A DNA stretch of 64,000 nucleotides from a virus. Under the pieces are notes generated by a model, which worked only from the letters and a program-made list of their open reading frames with translations, was not told the DNA's origin and did not search any database. A program made the position numbers and the translations under genes. The first letter of the stretch is position 1, and each line of letters opens with the position of its first letter. Of this stretch, positions 18,434 through 27,875 are shown piece after piece. Location of the stretch: the IMG/VR virus record IMGVR_UViG_3300036823_000117, positions 1 through 64,000 of that record. One strand, given 5' to 3'.

Positions 18434-18573
18434 ACCCGGTCATCTCGCTGGTGATCTTCGCCATAATCGGCGTCGGCGTCGTGCTGCTGTTCCTCGGGTT
18501 CGAGCGCAATGACCCGGACACTGACTCCGGCCGCGACTTCCCCCGCGGCCGGCCATCTTCGGGCGGTGGCTGA
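18430..18573 (+). CDS. small membrane protein
   Basis: MNPVISLVIFAIIGVGVVLLFLGF. Confidence 0.55.
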   Translation: MNPVISLVIFAIIGVGVVLLFLGFERNDPDTDSGRDFPRGRPSSGGG

Positions 18574-19115
18574 TGCCCCCGCCATGCACCTGCCCGAGCA
18601 ACTCCGGCGGCAAGAAGCTCGCGGCCGGCGGCCTTGTTGTCGTCGCGCTGTTCGCTGCAGGCCACGCCAAGCCTGGCCACGCCGCCAAGCCCGCGGCCGC
18701 AGTTGTCGCTGATGCTGCCCGCCCGGCCGATAGTGACCGCGGCGCTGTAGCTGTCGCGTGGGCCCGCCGCCAGATCGGGGTCGCGTACCTGTGGGGCGGC
18801 ACCGGGCGGGGCGGCTTCGACTGCTCGGGACTGGTCTACGAGGCATGGCGGCACGCCGGGGTCAGCATTCCCCGGACCACGTTCAAGCAGTGGCCGGCAT
18901 TGCGTCACATCTCCCGAAGCCAACTCCGGCCGGGTGACCTGATCTTCTACGCCGGGTCGGACGGCACGCAGGCCAACCCGGGTCACGTCGTCATGTACAT
19001 CGGCGGCGGCTGGGTAATCCAGGCATTCGAGACCGGCACCAACGTGATGCTGACCCGGCTCGCCGACGTCAACGCCGGCCCGCTGACCGGCTACGCCCGG
19101 CCGGGGGGTGCGTAG
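18573..19115 (+). CDS. secreted NlpC/P60 peptidoglycan endopeptidase
   Basis: IGVAYLWGG...FDCSGLV...PGDLIFY...GHVVMYIG; N-terminal hydrophobic segment. Confidence 0.93.
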   Translation: MPPPCTCPSNSGGKKLAAGGLVVVALFAAGHAKPGHAAKPAAAVVADAARPADSDRGAVAVAWARRQIGVAYLWGGTGRGGFDCSGLVYEAWRHAGVSIPRTTFKQWPALRHISRSQLRPGDLIFYAGSDGTQANPGHVVMYIGGGWVIQAFETGTNVMLTRLADVNAGPLTGYARPGGA

Positions 19116-19117
19116 CC

Positions 19118-19657
19118 ATGGGATGCAAGCGCCACGGCAAGAGCAGCAGCGGAGGCGGCGTTGCCGCTGTCGCTGCGGTCGTTGTCGGCGTGGCCATGGC
19201 CAGCGGCGCCCACCACGGCAAGCCCGGCGACCATCCGGCGGTCGTCGCCGACGCGGTCGCGCCTCCCCCGCCCCCGGCGACGCGCACGGTGGCGCATGGC
19301 GCGTTCCCCGGGCGCCGCGCCTGGGCGGCCGACTTCCTCCGCGCCGCCGGCCTGCCGGTCACCACGTGCAACGTCAACGCGATCACCGCCCAGGCAGCCG
19401 CCGAGAACAGCAACGCCCGGTTTAACCCGCTGGACACCGAAAGGCAGGAGCCGGGCAACACGCTCTACAACTCCGCCGGCGTCCGCAACTACGTCTCGCT
19501 CGCCCAGGGCCTTCACGCCACTGTCGTGACGCTCTACAACGGCCACTACCCCGGCGTCATCGCCGCGCTCCGCGCCGGCCACAACGCCGAAGCCGTCGCC
19601 CGCGCCATCTGGGTCCCCCACGTGTGGGGCACCCAGCCCTTCTCCGCCTCCTGCTGA
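19118..19657 (+). CDS. secreted lysozyme-like cell-wall hydrolase (putative)
   Basis: AAAE...FNPLDT...NSAGVRNY.S...G..AT; signal-like N-terminus. Confidence 0.6.
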   Translation: MGCKRHGKSSSGGGVAAVAAVVVGVAMASGAHHGKPGDHPAVVADAVAPPPPPATRTVAHGAFPGRRAWAADFLRAAGLPVTTCNVNAITAQAAAENSNARFNPLDTERQEPGNTLYNSAGVRNYVSLAQGLHATVVTLYNGHYPGVIAALRAGHNAEAVARAIWVPHVWGTQPFSASC

Positions 19658-19697
19658 CCGGGACCGACCCGGCCAGCGCAACCCGAAAGGAACCGCA

Positions 19698-19901
19698 GTG
19701 AACCCGACCGCCGCGACCGACTTCGTCGCCAAGGCATGCACCAACAAGACGTGCTGGCACCAGTACGCCATGGGCCGCCTCAACAACGCCGGCCACCAGT
19801 TCGCCAACATCGGCGCGCACGGCGGCTGGCTCCTCGTCCTCGCCCTGGTCGCCCTGGTCGCCGTCATCGTCTGGCGTGCCAAGACCCGCAGCAGCAACTG
19901 A
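19698..19901 (+). CDS. small membrane protein
   Basis: GAAAGGA RBS; C-terminal TM. Confidence 0.6.
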   Translation: MNPTAATDFVAKACTNKTCWHQYAMGRLNNAGHQFANIGAHGGWLLVLALVALVAVIVWRAKTRSSN

Positions 19902-19941
19902 CCGACGCCCGCCCGCGACCCGCCAACCAAGGAGGCCAGCG

Positions 19942-20088
19942 ATGCATACCGCTGCCGTCGCCCATCACGCCGCCAGCCACAGCGGCGACGCCATCGCCGT
20001 GGTGGTCATCGTCATCGTCCTCGCCGTCCTCAACCACATGTGGGCCAACGCCAGGCAGCGCCGGCGGGCCCGCGACCTCGAGAACTAG
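19942..20088 (+). CDS. small membrane protein
   Basis: AAGGAGG RBS; single TM. Confidence 0.6.
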   Translation: MHTAAVAHHAASHSGDAIAVVVIVIVLAVLNHMWANARQRRRARDLEN

Positions 20089-20114
20089 CCGACCACCCGA
20101 AGGGAGATCCCGAG

Positions 20115-20450
20115 ATGACGACCACGACAGCCGACACGGACTGGTCCACGGAAGCCGAGGACGCCATCCGGGACTACCTCTCGAATGGCGACAGCAAGCG
20201 GGCCCTGAACCGCGCGCTCCACACCCTGCAAGCCCAGTTGGCCATCCTGCGGCACGCCCGCAAGGGGCGCCCATCCGATGGCCAGCACCTCGACGCGCAC
20301 CTCGCCGGCACGGTCCTGGCCATTGCCGTCCAGGTCGGCCGGCACGCCCGGCCCGACGATTTCCCCGGCAGGCCCCGCGGCTATGACCTGCTGACCGTGT
20401 TCCAGGCAGCTTACGAAGCAGCACTCGCTCACCCCGGAGAGGGGGAATGA
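20115..20450 (+). CDS. hypothetical protein
   Basis: RBS, high GC3. Confidence 0.65.
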   Translation: MTTTTADTDWSTEAEDAIRDYLSNGDSKRALNRALHTLQAQLAILRHARKGRPSDGQHLDAHLAGTVLAIAVQVGRHARPDDFPGRPRGYDLLTVFQAAYEAALAHPGEGE

Positions 20451-20454
20451 CGAC

Positions 20455-21102
20455 ATGGGTACCGCAGGCGCCATTGAGGCGCTCCGGGGCGTGTTCCGCG
20501 GCGCCGACGACTCTGGCGGCTGGGAGGACATCCCGGCCCCGGAGCCGGCGCTGGAGCGCGATCCCGATGACACGACCGAACTTCCCGCCCTCACCGACCG
20601 ACCGGCGGTCGTGGCCCAGCAGGCCGAGATGACCTACGCCCGGCACCTGCTGGCCTCTTACCGCCACGTCCGCCGCATGGCGAAGGACGAGGAGCAGCGG
20701 GAAGGCAGCTGGGTCCGCCGCGCCCTGGACGCCCGGTGGTCGATCCAGGACGACTTCGACTACGCCACCGGCCGGAAATGGGTTCCGCCGGGCGGGGAGG
20801 GCGGGTTCGCGGAGCAGTCCGGGGTCCTGTACTGGGCGCTGATCGGCCGCCGTGGCGTGGCTACCGCGGGGTTCAAGCGGTGGATCTACTCCCGGCCGAC
20901 CCACTGGGTTCTTTACAGGGCCGCGTGGCTTGCCGTGGACCTGTGCGTCCTCGCCGGCCTCGGCCACCGGTCCCTCGCCGAGCACATCGCCTACGCCATC
21001 GCTGTCCCCATCGCACTGGTCCTCGCCGGCCTCATGCTCGCCCGCCCACGCCACGTCCACACCGAAGACGAGGAAATCGTCGAGGAAGAAGTCCCGTCAT
21101 GA
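20455..21102 (+). CDS. membrane protein
   Basis: Two C-terminal TMs. Confidence 0.7.
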   Translation: MGTAGAIEALRGVFRGADDSGGWEDIPAPEPALERDPDDTTELPALTDRPAVVAQQAEMTYARHLLASYRHVRRMAKDEEQREGSWVRRALDARWSIQDDFDYATGRKWVPPGGEGGFAEQSGVLYWALIGRRGVATAGFKRWIYSRPTHWVLYRAAWLAVDLCVLAGLGHRSLAEHIAYAIAVPIALVLAGLMLARPRHVHTEDEEIVEEEVPS

Positions 21103-21815
21103 AGAACCTGAGCCTGTCGTTCATCGACCCGAACGTGATGCTGCTGCTGGCCATCCTGCTGCCGTCATGCCTGATCTTCTGGTTCTTCGACGTCAAGAAG
21201 ATGCGGCGTCCCGTCGCGGTCGGGTTCTCGCTGGCCGCCGCACTGCTGGTCATCGGCGTGAGCACCTGGCAGGACTCGCTGGCGTCGCTGATCAGCACCC
21301 CCCGGTCCCTGGCCGTGCTCGTCATCGTCGCGACGGCGTCGATCTGCATGTTCGCCGTCCACCTCGGCTCCGGGAAGAAGATGAAGCTCAGCCTCCGCCG
21401 GGGCGACGCCCCGGCGGCCGGCAAGCAGGGCAAGGACCGGTACCACCACGTGTGGACCCACGTCGCCGGCGCCATCGCCGGGACGACCGCGGCGCTGCTG
21501 TTCGCCGACGGGATCAACTTCCTCCGCGCCGTCGGCAAGGCCCCGTCGGGCGCCGGGAGCGCGCTGACCACCACGATGCACCGGGTGGCCAGCGGCAAGG
21601 CCGCCGCGGCGGTCCAGGCGGGCCACGGCCTGCCGCCCACCGCGATGCTCGGCGCCGTCGTGGCGGGCCTCGCCGTCCTCGTGTACTTCGCCCGCCGTCA
21701 CCCGACCGTCCGCACCGAGCCGAAGGCCAAGGCCGCCGTCCGCGGCGCCCCCACCCGGGCCGCCATCCCGTCAGGTCCGCCTCCGCAGGCGGCCATAGAC
21801 CGAAGGGCCCACTGA
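21099..21815 (+). CDS. multi-pass membrane protein (spread-protein-like)
   Basis: About five hydrophobic helices; upstream of FtsK. Confidence 0.7.
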   Translation: MKNLSLSFIDPNVMLLLAILLPSCLIFWFFDVKKMRRPVAVGFSLAAALLVIGVSTWQDSLASLISTPRSLAVLVIVATASICMFAVHLGSGKKMKLSLRRGDAPAAGKQGKDRYHHVWTHVAGAIAGTTAALLFADGINFLRAVGKAPSGAGSALTTTMHRVASGKAAAAVQAGHGLPPTAMLGAVVAGLAVLVYFARRHPTVRTEPKAKAAVRGAPTRAAIPSGPPPQAAIDRRAH

Positions 21816-21818
21816 GCC

Positions 21819-21971
21819 ATGCTGAAGAAAGTCATCACCTGGGGCATCGTCATCTTCGTCATCTACTACCTGGTGAGTAACCCGGGCGGCGCCGCCAACG
21901 TCGTTCATTCGGCGTTCGACGGCATGAAGACCGTCGGCCATTCCTTCTCCGGGTTCTGGACGAGCCTGTAA
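21819..21971 (+). CDS. small membrane protein
   Basis: MLKKVITWGIVIFVIYYLVSNPGGAANVVHSAFDG..; TAATG-coupled to FtsK. Confidence 0.65.
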   Translation: MLKKVITWGIVIFVIYYLVSNPGGAANVVHSAFDGMKTVGHSFSGFWTSL

Positions 21972-23938
21972 TGACCAGCCAGCCGGGAGGAGCCCGCCAC
22001 GCAGCCGCCGAGCACCGCGCCATCCTGGCGCCTGCCGGCTGGATGATCGCGGCGTGGATCTGTGCGAACGCGTTTACCCGCGCTCACGGCAACGACCCGG
22101 TTGAGCTGGCCGTGTTCGCTGATGCAGGCGTCGCGGTGTGGGCGTGGTTCGCCCGCATCCGCCACCTGCCCGCGGCGGCCATGACCGACAGCGGCCGGGA
22201 AGCCCGGCTGCGGCGGTACGCGTGGCGCTGCTATATCGCAGGCGCGATCTGGCTGGCCGCCGCATCCGCCGTGTTCGGCCCGACGTGGTGGATGGACCTT
22301 TTCCTGGTCATCGGCGGCCTGGTCCTCGCATCGCCGCACCTGTACCGCAACCAGATCGACCACTCCGAAGGCCCGAAGGTCATCGCCGGGGTCATCGCTC
22401 CCGCCGGGGAGCAGTCCGCGCCGCCACGCCAGCAGCCGGCCCGGTCGCAGGCACCCCAGCGGCCAGGCACCCCCCGGCAGTACGCCGCCCCGGGTACCAC
22501 GACCCTCCGGCCGGCCGCCAAGCCGCGGCCGCGGCCGACCGCCGACCCGGCCCGCGACGCCATCACCCGCGTGCTCCGCGAGTTCAAGATCGACGCGAAA
22601 GTCACCGGGTGCATCACCGGGCCCGCGGTCCTGCAGTACCAGATGACACCCGGTCCCGGCGTCAAGGTCGAGCGGATCACGCAGCTGACCGCGAACTTCG
22701 CCATGGCCCTCGGTCTCGGCAGATCGTCCGTGCGGATGATCGCCCCGGTGCCCGGCCGGTCCGTCATCGGGCTGGAAATCCCCCGCGCACCCGAGGACCG
22801 GCAGGTCGTCGCCCTCCGCGAAGTCCTTGAGTCCCCGGACATGCTCGCCGACCCCCACCCCCTGACCGTGCCCCTCGGCGTCGACAACGAGGGAAACGTC
22901 GTCACGCACGCCCTGCACAAGGGACCGCACACCCTGATGGCGGGTGCGACCGGCGCGGGCAAGTCGGTCAGCCTCAACGGCGTGATCGTGTCAATCCTGG
23001 TCCGCGCCACCCCGGCCCAGGTCCGGCTCCTGATGATCGACCCGAAGCGCGTCGAGCTCGCCGCTTACTCCGGCGTCCCGCACCTCCTCGGCCCGATCAT
23101 CACCAACCCTGTCGTGGCTGCCCAGCGTCTCGCCTGGGTGTGCGAGCAGATGGAAGCCCGCTACGACGCCATGGCCGCCGCCCACGTCAAGCACATCGAC
23201 GACTACAACAAGATCGACGGAGCCGACCCGTGGCCGTACTGGCTCGTCATCGTCGACGAGCTCGCCGACCTGATGATGGTCAGCAAGCAGAAGGTCAAGG
23301 ACATCGAGGTCCCCGACGTCGAGGACTGCATCGCCCGGATCAGCCAGCTCGCCCGGGCGTGCGGCATCCACCTCCTGCTCGCCACGCAGCGGCCCACCGT
23401 GGACGTCGTAACCGGCCTGATCAAGGCCAACGTCCCGTGCCGGATCGCGTTCGCCGTGGCCAGCCTTACTGACTCGCGGGTCATCCTCGACGCGCCTGGC
23501 GCTGAGCGGCTTAACGGGCAGGGCGACGGGCTGTTCCTCCCGATGGGCGCGAAGGACGCCATCCGCTTCCAGGGCGCCTTTGTCACCGAGGCCGAGATCA
23601 AGCAGGTCGTCGCCGAGTGCGTGGCCCAGGTAGCCCCGCCGTCTGCGCCAGTCCGCGGAAAGGTCATCCCCGCCGCGGTCGAGGCGCCCAGGCCTGAGCT
23701 TGACCCGGAACTGGTGCAGCAGGCCAGAGACCTCGTCGTCGCGACACAGTTCGGGTCGGTGGCGATGATCTCGCGGAAACTCCGCGTCGGCTTCGTCGAG
23801 GCCGGCGCCATCATGGCCGCCCTGGAACTTCAGGGGATCGTCGGGCCCGAGCCGGAAGACAGGTCGAAGGCCAGGGACGTCCTGGTCCGGCCGCAACCCA
23901 CGGAAGCGGCCCCGGCTGCGGAGGAAGAGGACCACTGA
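21971..23938 (+). CDS. FtsK/SpoIIIE DNA translocase (TM, alpha/beta motor, gamma wHTH)
   Basis: GATGAGKS, MIDPKRVEL, VIVDELADLMM, LATQRP, GAERLNGQGD, gamma SRKLRVGF..A. Confidence 0.95.
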   Translation: MTSQPGGARHAAAEHRAILAPAGWMIAAWICANAFTRAHGNDPVELAVFADAGVAVWAWFARIRHLPAAAMTDSGREARLRRYAWRCYIAGAIWLAAASAVFGPTWWMDLFLVIGGLVLASPHLYRNQIDHSEGPKVIAGVIAPAGEQSAPPRQQPARSQAPQRPGTPRQYAAPGTTTLRPAAKPRPRPTADPARDAITRVLREFKIDAKVTGCITGPAVLQYQMTPGPGVKVERITQLTANFAMALGLGRSSVRMIAPVPGRSVIGLEIPRAPEDRQVVALREVLESPDMLADPHPLTVPLGVDNEGNVVTHALHKGPHTLMAGATGAGKSVSLNGVIVSILVRATPAQVRLLMIDPKRVELAAYSGVPHLLGPIITNPVVAAQRLAWVCEQMEARYDAMAAAHVKHIDDYNKIDGADPWPYWLVIVDELADLMMVSKQKVKDIEVPDVEDCIARISQLARACGIHLLLATQRPTVDVVTGLIKANVPCRIAFAVASLTDSRVILDAPGAERLNGQGDGLFLPMGAKDAIRFQGAFVTEAEIKQVVAECVAQVAPPSAPVRGKVIPAAVEAPRPELDPELVQQARDLVVATQFGSVAMISRKLRVGFVEAGAIMAALELQGIVGPEPEDRSKARDVLVRPQPTEAAPAAEEEDH

Positions 23939-24198
23939 TGCCTAGGCCCAGGGAAACGATGCTTGGCCAGCCGATCCAGGTTCGCGCCGGACTCCAGGCC
24001 ACCTGCCGGACCTGCTCCTCGCGCGGCGTCAGGGGCGGCGGCCGCCTCGTCACCGACGGGACGGAGATCGCAGACGTCACCCAGGAGACCCGGTTCAACG
24101 GGCGGTTCACCGTCACCACCGGGCGTGCCGCTGTCTTGCTGGACTGCCCGGACTGCGGCAGCCCTGTCCAGTTCGCCGTACCCAATATCAAGATCTGA
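23938..24198 (+). CDS. small zinc-ribbon protein
   Basis: CRTC...CPDC. Confidence 0.6.
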   Translation: MPRPRETMLGQPIQVRAGLQATCRTCSSRGVRGGGRLVTDGTEIADVTQETRFNGRFTVTTGRAAVLLDCPDCGSPVQFAVPNIKI

Positions 24199-24209
24199 GA
24201 GGCAGCCTG

Positions 24210-24530
24210 ATGTCCCCCGTCCTCATCCTCGCCGCCATCGCCGCCGCCCTCGTGCTCGTGTACGTCATCTCGAAGGCCGACGCGTGGATGCCCGTCACGG
24301 TCCTGGGCCTCTCCGGCGCCGCCTGCTACTACGGGGTGTCGAGTTGGCTCAGGAAGACGCCGGCCGCGGCCAGGCCGCCCGCGCCGAAGATCGTGACCCA
24401 CGTCATCACCCACGTGGTCACCCGCCCGGGCAAGCCCACGCTGACCGGAGGCGAGATCACCCTGCTGCTCATCGTCGGCGGCGTCCTGGCCCTCGCTTAC
24501 CTGATCAACCGCACCCGCAGGAGCAGCTAG
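24210..24530 (+). CDS. three-TM membrane protein
   Basis: Hydrophobic segments. Confidence 0.7.
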   Translation: MSPVLILAAIAAALVLVYVISKADAWMPVTVLGLSGAACYYGVSSWLRKTPAAARPPAPKIVTHVITHVVTRPGKPTLTGGEITLLLIVGGVLALAYLINRTRRSS

Positions 24531-24532
24531 CC

Positions 24533-24967
24533 ATGGGCATCTTCGGAGCCAAGCGCGCCCGCTTCACCGACACCTACCAGACCTGGACGGCCTGCTTCGC
24601 CGAGCCGGTCGTGGCCCGGTCCTCCGACATGGAGGACGACGACCTCATCGTCGGCGCCCGCGCTTACGGCGCCCGGTTCGACTCACCGTCTGCGCCCGGC
24701 GCTGCGCTGAGCATCTGGGCGTACCCGGCGCCCGCCGGGCCCGGGACCCCGGACGGCACCATCGTCCTCGCCTACCGGGTCCACTACTCGGTCGGCTCAT
24801 GGGGGACCGCCCTGTACCACTGCGACGTCGCGTGCGGCGAGTGGTACGACAACCTCCCCGCCGCCGAGGCGGACGCCGTCAGATTCATCGCCGGACTCAT
24901 CAGTTCCGGTCCCCACACGGACCGGGTTCCGGACTTCTACACCGACTGGGATGGGCGGCGATTCTGA
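24533..24967 (+). CDS. hypothetical protein
   Basis: ORF with RBS. Confidence 0.6.
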   Translation: MGIFGAKRARFTDTYQTWTACFAEPVVARSSDMEDDDLIVGARAYGARFDSPSAPGAALSIWAYPAPAGPGTPDGTIVLAYRVHYSVGSWGTALYHCDVACGEWYDNLPAAEADAVRFIAGLISSGPHTDRVPDFYTDWDGRRF

Positions 24968-25070
24968 TGCCCCCCTCCCGGCCCGGAAGCCTCAAGGCGC
25001 GGATAGATCCGCCCGCGGATGGATCCGCGCCCGCGCGCGGGAACTACCACGACGAAAGCGGACGAGTCAA

Positions 25071-25226
25071 GTGAGCACTGACCTAATCGCCTTCCTCGCG
25101 TGGCTCACGGTCGTCGTCACGGTCGTCGTGATCTACCGCCGGTCCCACCGCAACTGGCCCCCTGACCCCAATCCGCCCCATCCGCAACAGAACCCCAGCG
25201 ACCCAGACGAAGAGGCGTCACCATGA
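25071..25226 (+). CDS. small membrane protein
   Basis: Single TM; coupled. Confidence 0.5.
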   Translation: MSTDLIAFLAWLTVVVTVVVIYRRSHRNWPPDPNPPHPQQNPSDPDEEASP

Positions 25227-26284
25227 CCGCCATGCTGCATGACATCCCGTGGGAGGTCCCCGCGTCGCTGGCCGGCGCTGCCCTGCTGCTGCACACCGCC
25301 CGGCGCGTGTTCCGCGCCATCCGCGACCGCCAGCCGGCCGGCTCACGGCACGGCCTGCGCACCGCCATCATCGCGCTCGGCGCGGCGCTGGCCCCCGTGT
25401 TCTTCACCGACATGTTCATGACCGTCGTCAACCTGCTCGGCCCGTCGTTCCACGGGTGGGCGTGGACGGTCCCCGCTGCGACAGAAGGCAGCTTCATCTT
25501 CCTGTACCTCCTCGACCTGTACCTCCTCGCCGAGGGCAAGCCGATGGGATGGCTCCGCTTCGCGCCGTACCCGTTCGCGCTCGCGTCGCTCGTGCTGAAC
25601 GTCTACAGCTCGTTCGGCGACGCACCGGGCATGCTCGGCCACGGCGTCGTCACTGTCGCGTTCTTCCTGCCGCTCCTGGCGGGCGAGGCGGCCGTCAAGT
25701 CGATGTCCGTCAGCGACAAGGAGGTCGCTCTGGCCGACGAGATGAAAGCGGCCCGCCAGTACGCCATTGACCTGGTACGCGACCAGCTGGGGTTCTTCTG
25801 GCGGCTCCGCCCGTCAGTCCCGACGCTGCTCCGCACCCGCATCGTCAGCGGCCGCCTCCCCGGCCATGTGGCCCGCGCGGTCCGCGACGGCGTAGCCGCC
25901 TGCGACGCGACAGTCTGGGAAGCCGCCGTCGAGAAAATGGTCACCGATGCGCTGACGCAGCGCGCCAAGATGGCCGCCGCTGTCGTGCGACAGGAACGCG
26001 ACATCCAGCAGACCGCCGATGCGACAACCGACACGACAACGGATGCGACAACCGGTGCGACACGGGATGCGACACCAGAGCGACAGGCCGCGCGACAGCC
26101 CAAGCGACAACTCACCGCCAGCGAGCGCGACAAGAACCGCGCGAAAGCCGCCCGCATTGTCGCGGCCGAGCCGGCCATCCGCGCTGAGGATCTGGCCGCC
26201 CGGTGCGGTGTCACGAAGCGGTCGGCTGAGAGGTGGAAGGCCGAGATGAGCCGCCCCAACCTCCAACTCGCCGAGAGCTCGTAA
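25223..26284 (+). CDS. DUF2637/Spd-like membrane protein with C-terminal HTH
   Basis: WAWTVPAATEG, SLVLNV, several TMs; C-terminal DLAARCGVTKRSAERWK. Confidence 0.7.
   Translation: MTAMLHDIPWEVPASLAGAALLLHTARRVFRAIRDRQPAGSRHGLRTAIIALGAALAPVFFTDMFMTVVNLLGPSFHGWAWTVPAATEGSFIFLYLLDLYLLAEGKPMGWLRFAPYPFALASLVLNVYSSFGDAPGMLGHGVVTVAFFLPLLAGEAAVKSMSVSDKEVALADEMKAARQYAIDLVRDQLGFFWRLRPSVPTLLRTRIVSGRLPGHVARAVRDGVAACDATVWEAAVEKMVTDALTQRAKMAAAVVRQERDIQQTADATTDTTTDATTGATRDATPERQAARQPKRQLTASERDKNRAKAARIVAAEPAIRAEDLAARCGVTKRSAERWKAEMSRPNLQLAESS
25988..26132 (+). repeat. phased CGACA direct-repeat array (clt/TRS-like)
   Basis: CGACA at 25988, 25999, 26022, 26034, 26046, 26058, 26070, 26081, 26093, 26105, 26128. 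Confidence 0.8.
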
Positions 26285-26381
26285 CCCGCCAATAGACGTC
26301 CCGGCGGCGCTAACGCAGGCGTCCCCCCCGCCTGGCCAGCGCCGCCGGGGCTCCAACCCGAACTGATCAAGGAGAAGCTCC

Positions 26382-26627
26382 ATGAGCAACTACGCAGCAC
26401 CCGGTGCCCGCGTCGGCCTCCAGGTTGACGGGAGCGTCACCATCACGGGCGGCCTCGTCATCGACATGAGCGACCCGAACTGGCCGGGCCGCGACGCTGG
26501 CGAGCCGGCCAGCGACGAAGACCGCGAGATGACCGCGGTTCAAGAAAGCCCCTTCAACGTCGCCGGCGGTAACGACGTCGTCGGCGTCCAGGCCGGCACC
26601 GTGACCCGAGACCTGGACGAGTCGTGA
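26382..26627 (+). CDS. hypothetical protein
   Basis: AAGGAG RBS; VGLQV/VGVQAG repeats. Confidence 0.6.
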   Translation: MSNYAAPGARVGLQVDGSVTITGGLVIDMSDPNWPGRDAGEPASDEDREMTAVQESPFNVAGGNDVVGVQAGTVTRDLDES

Positions 26628-27067
26628 GCACTGCATGGGACCGGTTCGCCGCGGACTGGCCCGAGTCGGCCGCGCTCGCGCAGCGGCAGTGGGACATCGC
26701 CCGCGGCCTGGAGCAGAACGAGATCCTCATCCTCGACGAGGAGTACCACTGTTCCGACGGCACCCCGGCCGTGATCGGGTTCATCGACACAGACCTGATC
26801 CTCGCCGTAGTCGCCGGCACCGCGGAGGAAGCGGGCGCCGGGATGCAGCCGGACCGGCTGGCGTATCTGCGGGCCGAGGCCTGCACCTGGGCTGACCGCA
26901 TCCGCGGCACCCGCGGCCTCCAGCCGGGAACAGTCCCGTATGACGTGCGGCGCCTCCTGCTCGGCGGTCGGCTCGACACCCTGCGGGTAGACGTCACCTA
27001 CAGCGACGCCGACCACCTGATGACCTGGCAGCGGAACGTCGGCGGCCTCGTCGGGCTCGCGTCATGA
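26624..27067 (+). CDS. hypothetical protein
   Basis: Coupled ORF. Confidence 0.6.
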   Translation: MSTAWDRFAADWPESAALAQRQWDIARGLEQNEILILDEEYHCSDGTPAVIGFIDTDLILAVVAGTAEEAGAGMQPDRLAYLRAEACTWADRIRGTRGLQPGTVPYDVRRLLLGGRLDTLRVDVTYSDADHLMTWQRNVGGLVGLAS

Positions 27068-27282
27068 GCGCCGACCCGGATGCCTGCACCTGGACGACCA
27101 GCCCCGCCGGCGAGACCGCGGCCCATCCCTGCACCCGGCACGAGGACGGCCAGCACGTCTTCGCTAACGGGCACCGCCTGCCGCTCGCCGTCACCTCGGT
27201 CACCTACCCGCCCGTGCGGCCCGCCGAGCCCGGCGCGTCGGTGGACGTGCGGGAGTTCCTCGCGGCCCGCGGGCTACGCTGA
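27064..27282 (+). CDS. hypothetical protein
   Basis: Coupled ORF. Confidence 0.55.
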   Translation: MSADPDACTWTTSPAGETAAHPCTRHEDGQHVFANGHRLPLAVTSVTYPPVRPAEPGASVDVREFLAARGLR

Positions 27283-27286
27283 CCTC

Positions 27287-27472
27287 ATGACGGGTGGCGA
27301 GATCCCGCAAGAACTGATCGACATCCTTGACAGCCGCGCCGGGAAGACCCATTCCCGGCGCGGCTCCGTCGTCACCTGCCTCGCCGAGATCCTCACCCGG
27401 TACGACGAGATCCGCGGTCGGTTGCACTCCCGCGAGGAGCCTTCCACCGAGAAAGGCCACGAGCACCGTTGA
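27287..27472 (+). CDS. hypothetical protein
   Basis: IPQELIDILD.RAGK.HSR.GSVVTCLAEILTRY. Confidence 0.55.
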   Translation: MTGGEIPQELIDILDSRAGKTHSRRGSVVTCLAEILTRYDEIRGRLHSREEPSTEKGHEHR

Positions 27473-27801
27473 TTGAGGACGAACGCGGCGCCTTCTATTC
27501 CTGGGAGTACCAGTTGGATACCGCACGCGTTCTCCGCTACACGGGTCTCCGCGACCAGATCCACCCCCTCGACGCCGTCGCCTGCACCTACGACGGCCGG
27601 GCCCACTTCGACGAGTCATCCCGCCGCGACCGCGAGATCCACGAGAACGCCGTCCACGGACCGTGGGTCACCGAGGCCGGCCTGGTCGCCATCATCGACT
27701 TGCGGCCCCAGCTGGAACGCATGGGATGCGCCCCCACAGACCCGGCGCTGCCCGACGACATCCCCCAGCGCTGGGAGCGCAACCCCCTGACCTACTCGTA
27801 A
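27469..27801 (+). CDS. hypothetical protein
   Basis: TTGA-coupled. Confidence 0.55.
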   Translation: MIEDERGAFYSWEYQLDTARVLRYTGLRDQIHPLDAVACTYDGRAHFDESSRRDREIHENAVHGPWVTEAGLVAIIDLRPQLERMGCAPTDPALPDDIPQRWERNPLTYS

Positions 27802-27875
27802 CACCCTGTAGTGTCCCGTCACGTTCCGTGTACCCTCTGCCTCACCTGCATCATCGTGGCGCGGAGGTGGTCAGC

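Noticed and set aside
18573-19657. Hydrolases as the phage lysis cassette
   Set aside because: Signal-bearing, embedded in the FtsK operon and far from late genes; no clear holin-endolysin pair, so lysis genes are probably outside the window
21971-23938. Host chromosomal ftsK marking a prophage boundary
   Set aside because: Flanked by coupled accessory ORFs with no housekeeping neighbours; short linker and altered gamma domain
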